From positions 248,001 to 312,000 of the forward strand of contig JAQGDQ010000072.1 of assembly GCA_030141605.1 (NCBI GenBank): a stretch of DNA of 64,000 bases, in the 5' to 3' direction. Shown piece by piece: positions 34,857 to 49,786 of this stretch. Source of the stretch: Tubiluchus corallicola. Lineage: Eukaryota; Animalia; Priapulida. A model generated the notes under the pieces. That model searched no databases and was not told the DNA's origin. It worked only from the letters and a program-made list of their open reading frames with translations. The position numbers and the translations under genes were made by a program. Position 1 is the first letter of the stretch, and the number at the start of each line of letters is the position of its first letter.

Positions 34857-37547
34857 CGCTTAGCTCTTGCCTGTGATAAAAAATAGTTATTACAAAACTA
34901 ATCAAACGAATCATACGTATGACTTCAGTTTTGTGAAAGCCGATTTTTGAACTCGGAACAGCTAATGTTGAAAACAACAAGACAAAATCGACCTACAATG
35001 AGCGCAATTAAATAATTGGTTTCTGTGCCTAAAAACAATTAAATAAATAGGCTTACAAGTCGGATTATCCCATTCATAAACAAGCAGTAAAATGCATATT
35101 CTGGTAAGCGATTAAACAAGACGTAACACCTTCATAAAGCTCGAACATTTTCGCATCTGAAGATGCCAAAAGAGATCACAAAGTAAAGTCAAGTTTTAAA
35201 AAGCGCAAATAAATAAAAAGACCGTTTACCAAAGAACATTAATTGAAATTAATTAATGTCGACCAACAGTGCCGTAACATGGATACGTTGATAAATTTGT
35301 GTAAATTGTAAAACAAAATATGGTTATTTTAATAAGATGACGGAGTCAAACTAATTTTAAAAGTCATTTTATAACAGGAATTTAGTGAAAGTAAGGCAAG
35401 GCTGCAACTTGCGTCAGATTTTGATTTTTGGGCCCCCGATTTTTTCCTCCCAAACTTGAATAACATTTTAATACATGTAGCATTCTGAAATGACACAGAC
35501 ACCTCGAAAGTAACTAAAAAACGAGCCACTGTAACGTTACGCCTTGTCAGTTGGTTCAGGTGGTAGGCCGGTTATTTCAATTACCACCGTCGTAAGGCGA
35601 TTTGGACGTACTTTTGCGTTTTCTTGAATTTACACCAACTACCTGCCTTTTAGGCAGATTGAACAGTAACTTTTAGTCACATATTGAGACTCTATACTTA
35701 CTGCTAACCCAAGGTGTAGAATGTATCGTTTTCGCTGAGTTTAACGTTAAGCAGATATCCGAATTACGTAGTTCGTGATTCGACTACTAAGCCCATCGAA
35801 CATACCACACTAAATGCTCCCTGCTATTCTAAGACATCCAATTTTCCTTAATCAATCCAGATGCTCACGTAGGAAATCCTTTTCACATGCGCGCGAAGAC
35901 ACAACAAACTGCTCACCTGAATCTCCTGAGGCATGAAATTGCATCATTGCTGTGCCATACTAAACACAGACAGAACGACTATTACTAAATGAGCAACGAA
36001 ACTGATGCAATCCAACCAAGTCTCGCCTTTGCTCAAACTGTCTTCTTAAAACATTAAAGCTGTGAGGTTTTAAAGGAAAATTATTATAACAGTTTTACAT
36101 CTTGGCAATGTGTCTATGGTGGCAAGTGGGAAATTTCTCTAACTGAAGGCGAAAAAGTCGGCCAAATTTTCCATTAAGCAATGCGAATGCCGAGATGATT
36201 TTACTCCAACTGTTTCATCACGAGTTAACTCTACATGCGCTGCCACGTGAGCATAGTGAACCACGATTGGACAGCATTTCGTGTGATGAAGCAGCTCTGC
36301 AATGTATATCTTACAGCGAACTTGTTTTTTTAACACAACTAGCCCTTGACGGGACAACTAGCGCTTGAAAAGACACTTAATATTAAACTTGAAGCAGTTA
36401 AAGTATAATACGCGTCTCAAACAATCACATAGACGTCTCATAGACGATATTTCCGGACAAAAGATGTTCTGAAGCGGTTAAACGAAGATAGCTATCAGAT
36501 TTTATAGGCTTCAAACAAGATATTAAAAGCAATTTAAATGCGATCAATACAGCTTCACTTTCACGAAAGTGTTTACATGAAATTCATTCCATCGATCATG
36601 TATTCCATGCCGGCTGTAGCTTGTCTTCTAGAAACGTGTCAACATGAAACACTCTTCTTGTATTGTACTCAGAAATAAGTGAATGTATGTTATCGCTCTA
36701 AACTTTGAGCGATCTGTAAAACTTTCTTAACAAAAATTAATCCTCCAGATAAAACCGCAAGAGTCATCAACTTCTATGCTTTGCGAACGTTTCGCAAAAA
36801 GTTCTTTTTATTCACATAAATAACTCCATAAATTGCAAACAGAGATAACCTTATAGGGAACTATAACAAATAATATTCCAGCTTTATTGCATTCTTGCTG
36901 GTGCTACACTGCACTATATATGAGTTTAACATCAACAAGTGTCATCCATGAAACCGGCTAATACAAAATCGTAATCATAACAGCTGGGAAGCCATAAGTT
37001 CAGCAGCCAGGTTCAGTCTGCATGCGGCACACCAATAAGGCGTAGTATTATACCGACAGTGTGATTCATAACAATAAGTAGGTGATCAAATTAGATCAAG
37101 AAACCAACAACTACAGCTATAGAATGACTCTTTTAAATAAACCCCAGCATTTCAAACCTTTTTTAGCATATTTGTATTATTTCCGGTGATTCTGCTTTCG
37201 TGTTACGCCCTAGGAAGCCTATGTTTAGCAGAGTTTAATTTTAGCTTCCTCTATTCCCGTATTTTCCAAACGTCTACGCGTGTATGTCGTACTTGAGTTC
37301 TTAACCCCATTAATAGTATAACACATGTGCAAGAGAACTTCGAACTAACTTCAATCAATAATAATCTATTCATTAGATAAATAATATTGTTAACAAATTA
37401 ACTGGTTATACCAGAAAATCCATTCTTTTGTTTTCCGTTTGTAAAAAACTCTTGATATCAGTCAACATTCACTCAGCAACTCGAGGGCACTCGACAGAGG
37501 AGCAAATCCATGCACTAACATGCACTTACTATATTTTTGTGTACGTC

Positions 37548-37634
37548 GTTTGTTGTTGCTGTTGCTGCTGCTGTTGCTCTTGCCGTTGTTGCTGCTGCTG
37601 CGGCTCCGGCGGCGACGTTGGTGTTGTTGTTGTT
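37548..37634. repeat. (TGT)/(TGC) trinucleotide microsatellite
   Basis: Directly visible. Confidence 0.85.
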
Positions 37635-39106
37635 AATCTTTTATTCGAATAAAATTTTACACAGCAGTACAGCTTTAGTATAAATTATAAATACGATAAA
37701 TAATAGTTTTTCTTAGTAATTTAAAAATATGATAAAATTCATACATACCGTCGTACATGCCAATTACAGTTGCTTATACATATTCATTAGATGCTATTCT
37801 ATTTTTATAACTGTTCTTTTTACATTAAAATTAAAGGAAATTGTAGGCCTACATCCATATTTTATCTTTAAATCAAAATTTGGCTCATTCACAAAATACA
37901 ACATTTTTGGTATAACAAGTGATTCTTCTCAAAATCCCAATTTGCGACTGTCAATCAAAAAATTTGGTGGAATGGTACCAGAAAAGTACATAAGTAGTTT
38001 TCATCCTTACGAATAAGTGGTTTTGTTCAAAGTCAAACATTTTTCTATATCATTTTACCTCGGGTTAACATACACTCTGAAGGAGCTTTTTTTCTTTTGC
38101 TCTCAGAAACTGTATTTTCTACATAGATTTCTTCTTATTTTTAAATTCTAGGCAACTGCTTCAAGCCTAGCTTTCACAATATATGTTTCAGAAATCAATA
38201 TAACATAAAATACTTTCTAAAAATTCGATGATAAAATCAAGCACTATTTACTAAGTACACAAATGGTACAATACATTTTAGTGAACTTATAAAATGTTTA
38301 TATAATAATTAATGTGCTTTTTACTAACCGTTAATAAATATAATTACTATACACAAGGCGTTTCATCATATTCATAATTCACTTTCAGTTGCATGTTTGT
38401 GGTCTTCCTGAAAAAATATACATAACTTTTTAATCACCTGTTAACAATTTTTAAAGCTAATAACTCTTTGAAGTTACAGTAAAATTTAGATTCAAAGAGA
38501 AATTAAAACACCGTATTTTTAAATGTCATAACATTGGCATTGTAGTAGCAAGAGTAATGTTTACAATAGTTTAAAATATTTGTTAAATAAGATCAAGGTA
38601 TAAGTTTTTTTGTAAAATCGCTAGCTAAAACACTAAGTTAAAGATTTAAAACTAAGTGAACTTTCTTAGAGTGTTTAGATCAGCAAGTGAACTGGTTTTG
38701 AGAATGATTTGAAACCGAAAATGTATGACTGCGGGACATATAAATTAGCGCGTTTCTTAGCAAAGCCCTCTGCTGGGGGAAATTTTTACGCAATAAAACT
38801 AAACTACACATCTTTCCGTTTCTGGATTCAAAGACAGTTCTTCTAAAAAGCCATTCTAAAATATCCAACTCACCCTGGGAAATAAGTGTTTCCGAAGAAA
38901 TTAGAGCAGAAATTCAAAGATATAATTTGAAATACGTAGTGACTGAAATCCACCTTATACTCGTAATGCAGAGGAAAACTGGCGAAATTGATTTGTACTT
39001 CTTCCAGATGTAACTGTGGTACAAGAACGAAGGTTTAGGTTCATTATGTAACAATGCAGCACTATGTAAGAAGAAATATTACATTATATAACAAATCACA
39101 AAATTC

Positions 39107-39250
<144 letters not shown>

Positions 39251-40416
39251 TATTCGAACATACATACTTACAATGGACACGTACATGTAATAGTTAGTAT
39301 ATAATTAGACAGATAAACAAAAAACAAAACCACAAAAAACAACAAAACATGTTACACAGTAAGTATAAGAACGTAAATTAAGCCTATTATCAGTACCTAT
39401 GAGAACTTTGAAGCACACATATATACGTAGCAGTGCTTCTCTACAGAAAAAAGAATAATCTTTCCTTTCTAACGCATAAAATACATTATTTAACAAGGCG
39501 CACAATACTGCTTGGTAGTCATTAAAATAGAAAGCTGTTTCTCTTATTGTTTTCTGTATATAATTCTAGTAATAACTGCTAATTTTATTATTACAATACT
39601 TAAATACCAAGAGTCGTGTGTTATGTCCTAAAATAGAGTTCACAGAATACAAAGTTTATTTGGCAAAAAAATTAACAGTATAGTTATTGCTGTTCATGTA
39701 CGCGTTGTGAATTCGTAATTCAAATATGTAACTGGGAGGGATGTGTAAGACCACTTATATAAGGCAAAAAATATGTATGGGTCATGTTCGCCAGTTGCCA
39801 TAGTTTTCTGACCCCAAATATTCTAAGCAGTACCCACACTGTCAATGCTTTTTGTTCCAAGTTTTCATATCAGAGCGCCATAAAAACTATGACAATAACA
39901 GTCAAAAATTCTTGATTTTAAGACACTGTTAAGAAAAGAAAAATTATTAATAACACCATTTGTACGATATGTAAAATCACTACGTTTGCATAGTATCTCA
40001 TCATCATCTTTTAAATCAATCGACCCAAAATGGACAATTTTTTTTAACCACCTTAATGGGAATCCATCAAGAAATATTTTAGGGTAACTATTCCTTGATA
40101 CATTTACTCTTGATTTTGTTTCCTTGTATATTTATCAAATTTATATCAAATTCTTCAGCGTATTTTTCACAAATGGTGATCAGAGATTACAATGCTTAAG
40201 TCGTGTACAAGGCAACAAGGCCACAATATGTATTACCTATCCTACATCCTAAGTTTGCTTCATTGAATTTAATCAAAAAGCCATCCAAGTACAGATCAAA
40301 AAGCACAAAAGACAATACTGCTTCCTGACTCCTACTCGGGCTAATATATTTTGATGGGTTATTGTTCCATGATACTGTGATCTTCTGATTTGTATACATA
40401 TCAAATCTAAATTTAC

Positions 40417-43374
40417 AGGTCCACTAACACCCTGGTAGACATTTGCTGACAAAATTGATTAGCCTGATACAAAAAAGCGGCTTTATTTGTTTATAAACTT
40501 GCGCGTTTCGTTTTGGTTAGCATTGAAACACTTCAAATTTAGCGCCGCACAGACATCGTGCGAAAAATGAAAAATCGGGAAAGAACGCGGAAGTGACATC
40601 ACGTTAGGAACGACACTGCGCATGTGTGACTCTATATATGGGCAAAACATATGGGCAAAACCAAGCGATACGCTGGTAATGAAGAGACTGGGTTACTGGC
40701 ATTTTGGTATTTTAGTGTTAAGCTCAAATAATAGGTTTGTCCACACTTATTTGAATGCGCTATATTTTATAGATGAAAAAATATTAATAACGAAGTACAA
40801 CATGTAAAAGTTTTACCGTGACATCATTGGTGCTTGGATACTGTGCTGCTTTCTTGTTCATTTTCTGATCACTTCTGTTTTATAAATGTCTCACTGCCAA
40901 GTTATCTTTTGCCCGACCATGCTTCTGACAAGCAGTGGTCGTTTTTACCTTTTTTCAGCATATAAAATTGTAAAAATAACAGCGGATTCTTAGGTACGAT
41001 CGAAGAGAAAAGAACTAGACAATAAGGCAGTAATGACAGATGATTTTGTTGCCTGGGCTTTACCGAAGTTTTGAGCCTGTGCAGACCGGGCATACTGTCT
41101 GACTTAATGTTAGGTTCAACAGTAAAAAACGGAAAACTAAGAAGAAATGCCCTTCAGACAACATTTTTAGCTCATTAAAATAGCGCTCCCTAAATTTTTA
41201 GACACTTTGGAAAACCTTTGTGGCATTTCTTTCGAATGTGCAAATGAGGTTTCAGAGAAAAAAAGCTTTAAATATTTAAGTAAAAAATATACTCATTGTC
41301 TACAGTTTGATGCAGTCGAGCGCCTTTACATTACGTGTAACTGCCCAAGCTTCATTTTTCACCATGCCTAGCAGGATAGATGGGCGTTTCTTTCTGTGGC
41401 AAAAGGAAAGGATGCCCTATCCTCACTGCGGTCGCGTTTTGTGGCACTTTTATGTTGAAGTAACGTATAAAAAAACAGGAGAAATATTTCAAAATGTGAA
41501 GATAGGGATGTTATTATTAAAATCCGGAGTTTCCGTTAAACTAGTGGGTTTGAAATGTCTTACTGCTAATCTTGACTAAATATGAAATTTAGTTACAAAG
41601 GTTAATTATTACCTTACTTACTATGCATCTAACCCAAAATAATGGCTAGCAGCTTACTTGCAGCTTGATCTAATTCACGGGAGTACTCGCCACACCTATT
41701 GTTCATACAGTAAAGTTAGATACAACCAACTTTTCTGACTAAGCCACGTTAAACAGAGGTATACCGCAAGGAACACTATTAGGTCCGTTATTATTTTGCC
41801 TATATATAAACAACATATCCAGTGTATTACAACACTCACCAAATAATGCAAAGCGCTGATGACACTACAATCTACATAGCCCATGAAAATATCCAAATGC
41901 AAAAAATTATTTAGAAAAAGATATAAAAAATATAAATATGGCATTTAGTCATTACAAGCTAATTTGAATAATGATAAAACAGAATTCATGATACTGTCAC
42001 CCTCATTAAATACTAATGATGCATCATCAACCACTTTGACAGTAGATAATGCTGTAATCAAACAAACCCATCACGTTAAATTTCTGGGCATACAGGTAGA
42101 CAATAATCTTTCATGGGATGAACACTTTAATAACATATACAAAAAAATGGCATCTAGCACATCATATCTCCGACAAGTTAAAGGGCAAATAACAAAGGAA
42201 ACTAAGACACTAATATATAAAACTTTAGTTCTACCACACTTCTTATATGGATGTACGCTACTTCAAAAAAAAACAAAAGAGAAAATTACTTAAAATTAAA
42301 TCTCCTTCAGAATTATGCGTTGAGATTGATAGCTGGGTACTCATACAAACGTAAGGAGGTAGACAAAAATTCAAAGCTTCAACAACTAACCTGAGAAAAA
42401 CTTTAAAATTCCCAATCATTGAAGCACACAAAGAATATTTTACTCTGCTTTTTATAGTTAAATACATTAACAACACCAGCAAACCATTCCAGAATAACAG
42501 ATTTACCTTTATTCTAAATCCTATCGTTAATTCCAGAACAAGCAATCTAAAACAAATTAGGACAAATACCCACTATGGAACGAACTCTGTAATCAAGCAA
42601 GCAATTCTACTTTAGAATTCTCTACCATTACAGGTTAAACAAACCAAGTCCCTATCAGCATTTAAAACAAAATTAAAATTATAAATATTAACCAGATATG
42701 AAATACCATCACACCAGTACGACAACATACACACTAATTCAGAAGTCATATATCCACGGCCATATTAATTAAATCATGTTTGACTTTATTCGTCGTTACT
42801 TTCCATTACTGCACATTAGTATAGATTGCACCGACGCATTTGCCTTTAGCAGTGTAAATTTTTATTAACTAACACTGATTGATCATCTCTGTAAAGTTTT
42901 TATCAGTGATTATCAATGTATTTTAATGGGAAATAAAGATATATATATATATATATAGTAACATCATAGCGTATCATAGTGCTCTGCATACCGCGTTTGT
43001 TACTATAAATTTGCCTTAAAACAAAAACTGGTTCTTATAAGTTTGTTTGCTATAAATAGACAAATACTATAGTAAGAAACGTTTTTATTAATAGGTAAAT
43101 CATTACTCAGCAATAATCGTTCTGCTCAGTGCTCTGCTTGCTCAGGCCACTGGCTGTCTACTGTACTGCGACTGTTAATTGCCGCTTCCTAACGTGACAT
43201 CACAGCACTGAGTGTCATGGCGGGCGATAATATTTGTGACAGTACCAACGACGCTTAATTTAAGTTACCATATCACATAAAAACATGCATCAAAACTGTT
43301 TTAAAAATTAGGAAATATGTAATTCCGCCTACGCTTCAAAAGAAAATAACATAAAAAACAGTGTCACTGGACCT
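40417..43374. mobile_element. Kolobok-like TIR DNA transposon remnant
   Basis: The left end AGGTCCACTAACAC matches the reverse complement of the right end, AGGTCCAGTGACAC (12/14). The flanks are TTAC and TTAA (decayed TTAA TSD). It interrupts an RT frame. Confidence 0.65.
41590..42940 (+). mobile_element. 5'-truncated CR1/L2-group LINE nested in the Kolobok-like element
   Basis: G.PQGTLLGP.LF..YIN, LNNDKTEFM, VKFLGIQVDNNLSW, IYKTLVLPHFLYG and FKTKLK are present. It ends in AATAAAG-(AT)n at ~42931-42957. Confidence 0.85.
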
Positions 43375-44729
43375 TTAACAGTGCGTGACGATAAATTTCT
43401 CGTCAGCAGTAATTTAAAGAGTTTACAGAAGTTAACTTTGTCAAATGCATCATCGAATAAGACACAATATACGTTCGATCCATTTTACATATAATACTTT
43501 ACAGTTTCTTTATAAAACGATTGTGCAAATTGTAGTAGATGTTTTTCTTTAAATCCGAACTGTCGGTCCGACGTGTTTAGAGAAGTGCTAAATTTTATGA
43601 CGATTAACCAGTCTAACAAGTTAATCAAAGACGATGACAAAGCAATACCTCTATAATTGTTCTTTTCTGTCAGACTACCTCTTGCGTATTTAGGAATAGG
43701 GTTAGTACTAAAAAACAAGTTATTAGTTGTATACCCATGATGACTCATACAATTGAATAAAATAGGTAAATGAACCGTTAGCCTTGTAAAATATGGTATG
43801 ATGTTAAGCCATCGTATTTGCTAGGTTTAATTCGTTTCATTGCGTCGGTAATATCTTAAATTGTAAAAGTATTTCATCTGTCAGACGCTTCAGCAGCATT
43901 ACTAATTGATGCTGTTAACTCTAGTTGAAGTGAGTTCATTTCGTTTTGCTCATATCCGACTATGCTGTATAGATTATCAAAATCATCTGCAAAAGTTTCA
44001 GCTATAAGCTGTGGGTCTGTGATATTTTCTATATTTACAGCCCGGCGAGACGATTTGCCTTGAATTATTAAGTTCTTTAAAAAGATCTCGCGAACTACAT
44101 TCTAATACGTGTTCAGCCATTTTTTCGTTCGTTCTTGATCTATATTATGTTTAACTGATCTGACTGCCAGATGATAACGTGCGCACGTCCTTCGCCTTAC
44201 ATCAGCTACGACACCATCAATGCTATTTGTCGGATGTCTGGTCGGACGTTTTGCCTACCTGTCTGCCGTCTGCCTACTTATTGTATGATCTGCCAGTGAC
44301 CTTGTTTGGGCGAGTTTGGACTGACAAGGGGACTCTTGATATTAGACTACTAGTAAAGTACGAGGAGAGCATGCGGTCAAGGGAGAATTTTTTATCAAGT
44401 TTGACTGGTGTTCTGATGGCTTTCTCTCTTCTCATGGACGGCACTGTTCAGTTTGCATTACACTGATCACCAAAAGGATTAGCTGCATGCTTCCCATGTA
44501 CGTTAGGTGGCCAGAAAACCATCTTTTTCCGAGAATAACTGATGCCATAAGATTGCCAATGCTGGCCTCACATTTTGAGAGCACATTCACAGGACCACAT
44601 GTCAGAGGTTTGCATGACAAATAAAAATAAGGCCTATTTCCAGTTTCTTGTGCTGACAAATCTGTGTTGTATCTAAGCGTTGGTCCCCTTTTTACGCAAG
44701 TAAAAAGGCACTCCTGTTAGACTAAATAT

Positions 44730-45030
44730 AGTCAGACCAAACCTTTGGCAGAGCAGACCAGATCTCTGATAGATTAGACCTTACACAGACCAAATACAAG
44801 ATGGACCAACCGCAGAGCAGAGCTTAGATATACCAGAGCACCAGGCAGACCAACCACAGAACAGACCTTGGACAGACCAGAGCCCACACAGACCAACCAC
44901 AGAACATACCTTACACAAACCAGCCACAGAGCAAACCTTAGACAAACCAGAGCCCAGACTGCGCAGCCACAGAACAGACTTTACACAAACCAACCACTGA
45001 GCAGACCTTAGACAGACCAGAGCCCCAGAC
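44730..45030. repeat. Degenerate minisatellite of CAGACCAACCACAGAGCAGACCTTA-like units
   Basis: Roughly ten imperfect adjacent copies. Confidence 0.8.
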
Positions 45031-48000
45031 TAATGCAGAGGTAATAGTGACGCTCACGTCGATAAAGGTGATGTTATAATGTTTGTTTTTCACATGTACA
45101 AGAAATAACTTAACAATTCCAGATGTATAAAAGGATGTATAAATACTTTTTGCTCCAGCTGCACAATTGATAAAACCATCTTGCCATTTTTTTAGTTTCA
45201 ATGTACAACTTTATATATTGTTTATATTGTAAATGTGTATATAAATGTTTTTATCATGTATCCCTTTCTTCTTTTTGTGTTCTTTTAATATCGCTTTTTT
45301 CTTTTCTTTTAATATACTGACATTAAATTATATGTCATTGTATGTGGGTATTTATTAATACGCTTTATTGTCTTTTTATATAGTTCATTATCGGTGGCCT
45401 TCACAAGCCATTAGACTTCTTGGTCATCAAAATTATTAAATTGTAATTTTTATAGTTAATTATTTTGAACTGCAAATTTGCCAAAAATCTTTATTTTTGC
45501 ATAACTATGTACTAATTGTTTTACTAATTTAAATAATTTTTTTATTTTGATTTGATCGTGATGTCACCCGTAGTCACAGTAAATGCACTAGTATAAACTA
45601 AAATGGCTTATATATCCACAAAATTGTGTGGTTTGGCGGATATTCATAACTAGAACAAGCTGTGGCAGAATTATGTCCAGTTTCTGCCACATCTTCCAAT
45701 AACGGCTTGCTAGTGCAGCAATAGTTGCATGTGGGCTTCTTCGCTCTGTACCATATTTCCCAGTGAAGCCACTGCTGACGTAGACACATGGTGTTCTATT
45801 ACCCGGAATACCGTTACCTCTAATTATAGCAGCGCTTCATTTCGTCCAACATTGGGCGGATTTCATCTTGTATATAGCAAACCAACTCTTTCTTTCTAAC
45901 CATTAAACAAGGCTTAATTAGATGTTAAGTTCTGCAGTGTGAAACTGTCGTGTACCTGTGACATTACCAGCTGGACAAAGTGTTACAGCAGATTCAGTCC
46001 TATTTAGTGTAAGTATTGTCATGTGTTGTTTAAGCTAAACATTGCGCGCTTTTGTTTGGTTTATTACAAGTTTAAGGAGCAACGACATTACAATATCTAA
46101 GCACTGATATTAAACTCTGTCGGTTCTTTTGTATTTATGATGTACGAAACCCTTTAGAACTACTAACTTTATAAATTTAGTTTTTTGTAGATATAATGCA
46201 CGAAATCAACTACAACTTTTAACTCATTATCAACGCGATTTTGTTTTAAACAACTTGCATATAAAAATAAGTTTAGAAGTTAAATAGTTCAGCGTTCCTT
46301 TTTCGTGTTTACGTAGTCATGTAGCAGTATATCCTGTATGTTATTATCAAGATCGTTTGTTGAAAGAAATTAGCCCCGACTGCTTGTTTTTCTTTCTGCT
46401 TATACTATGCGTACGTTACTCCATGGGGGGAACAGTCCACTTCTGAACACCATAATGCGGGTCAGACACGTTTGTGACTCTGAGACTAAAATATCATTTG
46501 TAACCGGGAATGGATTTAATTCTTATGCTTTAAGACTATGTAACCTCATACATATAACACCAGATTGGATTACTGACTGTTGTAAAAAATACCGAATAGA
46601 CTGCATAAGTTATGCGGCTCAGATAAAATGCGTTCTTTTTTGTAGACAAAATTTTGCAAATTTTGAAAACTGCTATGCTTGTGCATTCTGCATACGAAAC
46701 ATGTTGTTTATTGTTGTTTTTCTTGCATTGGGCCGAAAGCAAGCAGACAAGTCGGTACTGCACAAAGCTTAATAAGTACATGCACTTCCCTTTTGCATGA
46801 CATTAATTCATATATCTTTCTTTGATTTAGCCAATTATTTTACAGCAGTAAATTCAACCAGCGACAAATTCAATGGCCTGCGGCTTGCACACTTATCTGA
46901 AAGCCTTATATTCCACATACCTCTGCTAGTAATAACAACAATTATAATTGGCCATGATGTTCATCCAACCTATGTCGTCTTCTACTCTAACAGTAATTTT
47001 TGCAATATTTATGCACTAACAATAAAGGGTTGGAAACACTAAGGAAAATTGAAAAGAAAAACATGAAAGCGCAACAAACCCCAATAAACATTTCGAAGAC
47101 TCAAAATTTAATATGAAGCATAAAAAAGACCTTTTTAGTTTGCGTGGATAATTTGTTGCTGAAAATCACATCATCCTATCCTTGTAGCTTCACACATATA
47201 CCAGCAGATATATCATTAGTAGGAAAAAGAATAGGTGACGCTACAAGACCGGGATATATTGGAAATCATGAAGTAGATTTTAAGCTAAATGTAATTGTAT
47301 CACGTACCTTAATCATTTGCGCTGTTCGTTTTTGCAAATTGGTTCTGTAGATTAGTTTAAAAAATGGCAGATTCAAATGCTGCATGCGCCAATGGGCAGT
47401 CAAAATTTTATTTACTTGGCACTCGTTATCAAGCATTGAAAGAGCATAAATCAGTTTTTAGCTTTTCTACCCTGCAGTTGCCATGATAAGTGAAAAAACT
47501 ACGTAACTCACCTTTGAGCAACCCTTCGTGTTGTTTTGGGTAACAGTTAATACACATCTTGAGTTAAACTAGGACAACTGAAGGACATTGTTATGCGCTG
47601 ATTCGACAGAACGCGAACTTAAATCACTTGCACGTGTAAGTTAATGTTCAAAACTTGTTCTGGAATGCTTAAGAATGAAGGAACATATAAAATAACAGAA
47701 CAGTGACGCGAGAATAATTCTAATAAGCATAAAATAAGTACAATTAATAAAAAAATCCTGCAATAAAGAAATAAAAAACACGGCGTTTTATCATGTGACA
47801 AAAACAAATACTACAAAAAAAATATTTCGTGATAATAACGTATTCACTAATTAAGTACATAAAAAACACAAAAGAAAGAACACAATTACTGGTAAAAGGA
47901 GAGCGAATTTCATACATACTAACCTTTACTTCATCAGTGCTACGTGTTGTTATCGATATTTTTATTACAGGCACTTAAAAACTTCTATAGTTAAAACAAC

Positions 48001-49483
48001 ACAACTTTATTAAAACTATTACTTTTCAAAGTTAAAAAGCTAAAATCTTGCTAAACGATTGTCTTCAAATAACTACGTCTGGCCCAAATGAAAAAAACTT
48101 TCAAAAACGTAAAATTAATTTGCTTCGAAATTTTTGCAAAATCAAATACTGCTTTCGAAAAATTTAAAAGAAATTAAATATGCATTAGACTTCGTGTTTC
48201 TAAAAGATTGAGCCAATAACTAAAGCTCCACAGCTGAAAACATAACAGGACGCCTATTATATAGTTTTGTGCAGACATTTTCAAGCAAACTGCCATTACC
48301 TAGACGTTACAGAAATTTCATTTGGGAGTTTCAGTCGTGGAATTTTAGCTACTGATTCATTTTTTTAGGAATATGATATCTAATGCACATTTATGTTCTA
48401 TTATATTTTCTATAGACCTGTTGGATTAATCTCTGTCTAAAACTCAGGACTAGCACTTTCCTTCACCTCATAATTATGCTGTGACTTACTGAAATATAAC
48501 AAACCATACACCAACGTTAAGTTATCTCATTTTTTAAAAAGTAGACATTCTGTTTCCTTTGGATTAAACGAAAGTTGCCTGAAGCCCTCAATCACAGAGT
48601 AGGCAATTTAAGCTTCTTATCAATGATAACACCAAGATACTGTGCGAATTTACTTCTATTTTGGTCGAGTGATTGGTATCAAGAATTACAGACTAATCAT
48701 TTGTTCTGGGGCCATTTTCCGTAGAAGTACTTTGCATTTCGCAACTAGAGTTATTTTAACTTTTCATAGCTACAAGCTACAAGCTACATATACGCGTAGG
48801 CCTAGCATCTTAACTTTACTTCAGACGTATTTTTCGAACATGTCGCCCTGTTGTAAACAAAACCTCATACAGTTACTGTAAGCCAAACTATTACACTCAA
48901 GTAAACGAAGATGCACTTTTATGTCTATTCTCAGACAACTCCTGCAGCTGCTTTAAATCCCAGGGATTTCTTCGTCACTGCCGAACAGGAAACAGCGTAT
49001 CCAGGGGCGCGTTCACGATGTTCAGTTAAACTAAGTGTTAAAATTGGTGAGCCAAGATGCGTCAAGTTGTAACAAAATGAAGGCTTCCTTTGTCACGAGG
49101 ACCTGATGCGTGGAGTGTTTCAAAACCCCTTTGTACAGGAGATCTACCTCCGCCTCAAAGACTAGTGTTTTATGCTGTAAAAACATCGATATTTTTAAGT
49201 TTAAGTGCCTGTAATAGTTTCGTGTTCAGTGCTGTTGTTACACTTTTTAAGCATCAACTGCCGACTTCACGCAATAGGGCTATATTGAAATTTGTAGCAG
49301 GGAATTTCGAAACTTGTGCGCAGCATTCTGATGAACAAGCTCTTAAAGATTTTATTTCCAAGCTATCTTAACAACGATTTATTTATTGCGCGTTTGTTGC
49401 TGGTAAACAGCATATTTAAGTATGGTATCCTGCTTACCTAACGTCGGTAAGAACGATTTTGTCTTATAGCCAGGGTTGATATG

Positions 49484-49484
49484 C

Positions 49485-49520
<36 letters not shown>

Positions 49521-49635
49521 CTGACTGACTGACTGACTGACTGACTGACTGACTGACTGACTGACTGACTGACTGACTGACTGACTGACTGACTGACTGA
49601 CTGACTGACTGATTTGATTTGATTTGATTTGATTT
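49484..49635. repeat. (GATT)n-(GACT)n-(GATTT)n microsatellite at the LINE 3' junction
   Basis: Directly visible. (GATTT)n is the element's (AAATC)n tail read on the plus strand. Confidence 0.97.
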
Positions 49636-49786
49636 AACTCTTTATTTCGAACCAAGTTCATAGAATACATAACATACAATAATTACAAGACATACAATAA
49701 TTATAACACCTCCTCTCGACACATGCAAATTAATACATAAATAAATAAAATAACAGTACAGTCTATATATATATATATATACAATA

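Noticed and set aside
44730-45030. Repeat array giving Cys/Gly/Ser-repeat ORFs (44781-45201)
   Set aside because: Minisatellite with no splice or homology support for coding, and no repeat-spacer structure.
45600-49400. Scattered short ORFs between the GPCR and the LINE array
   Set aside because: No recognisable motifs or phase-consistent exon chain. At most these could be non-coding 5' exons.
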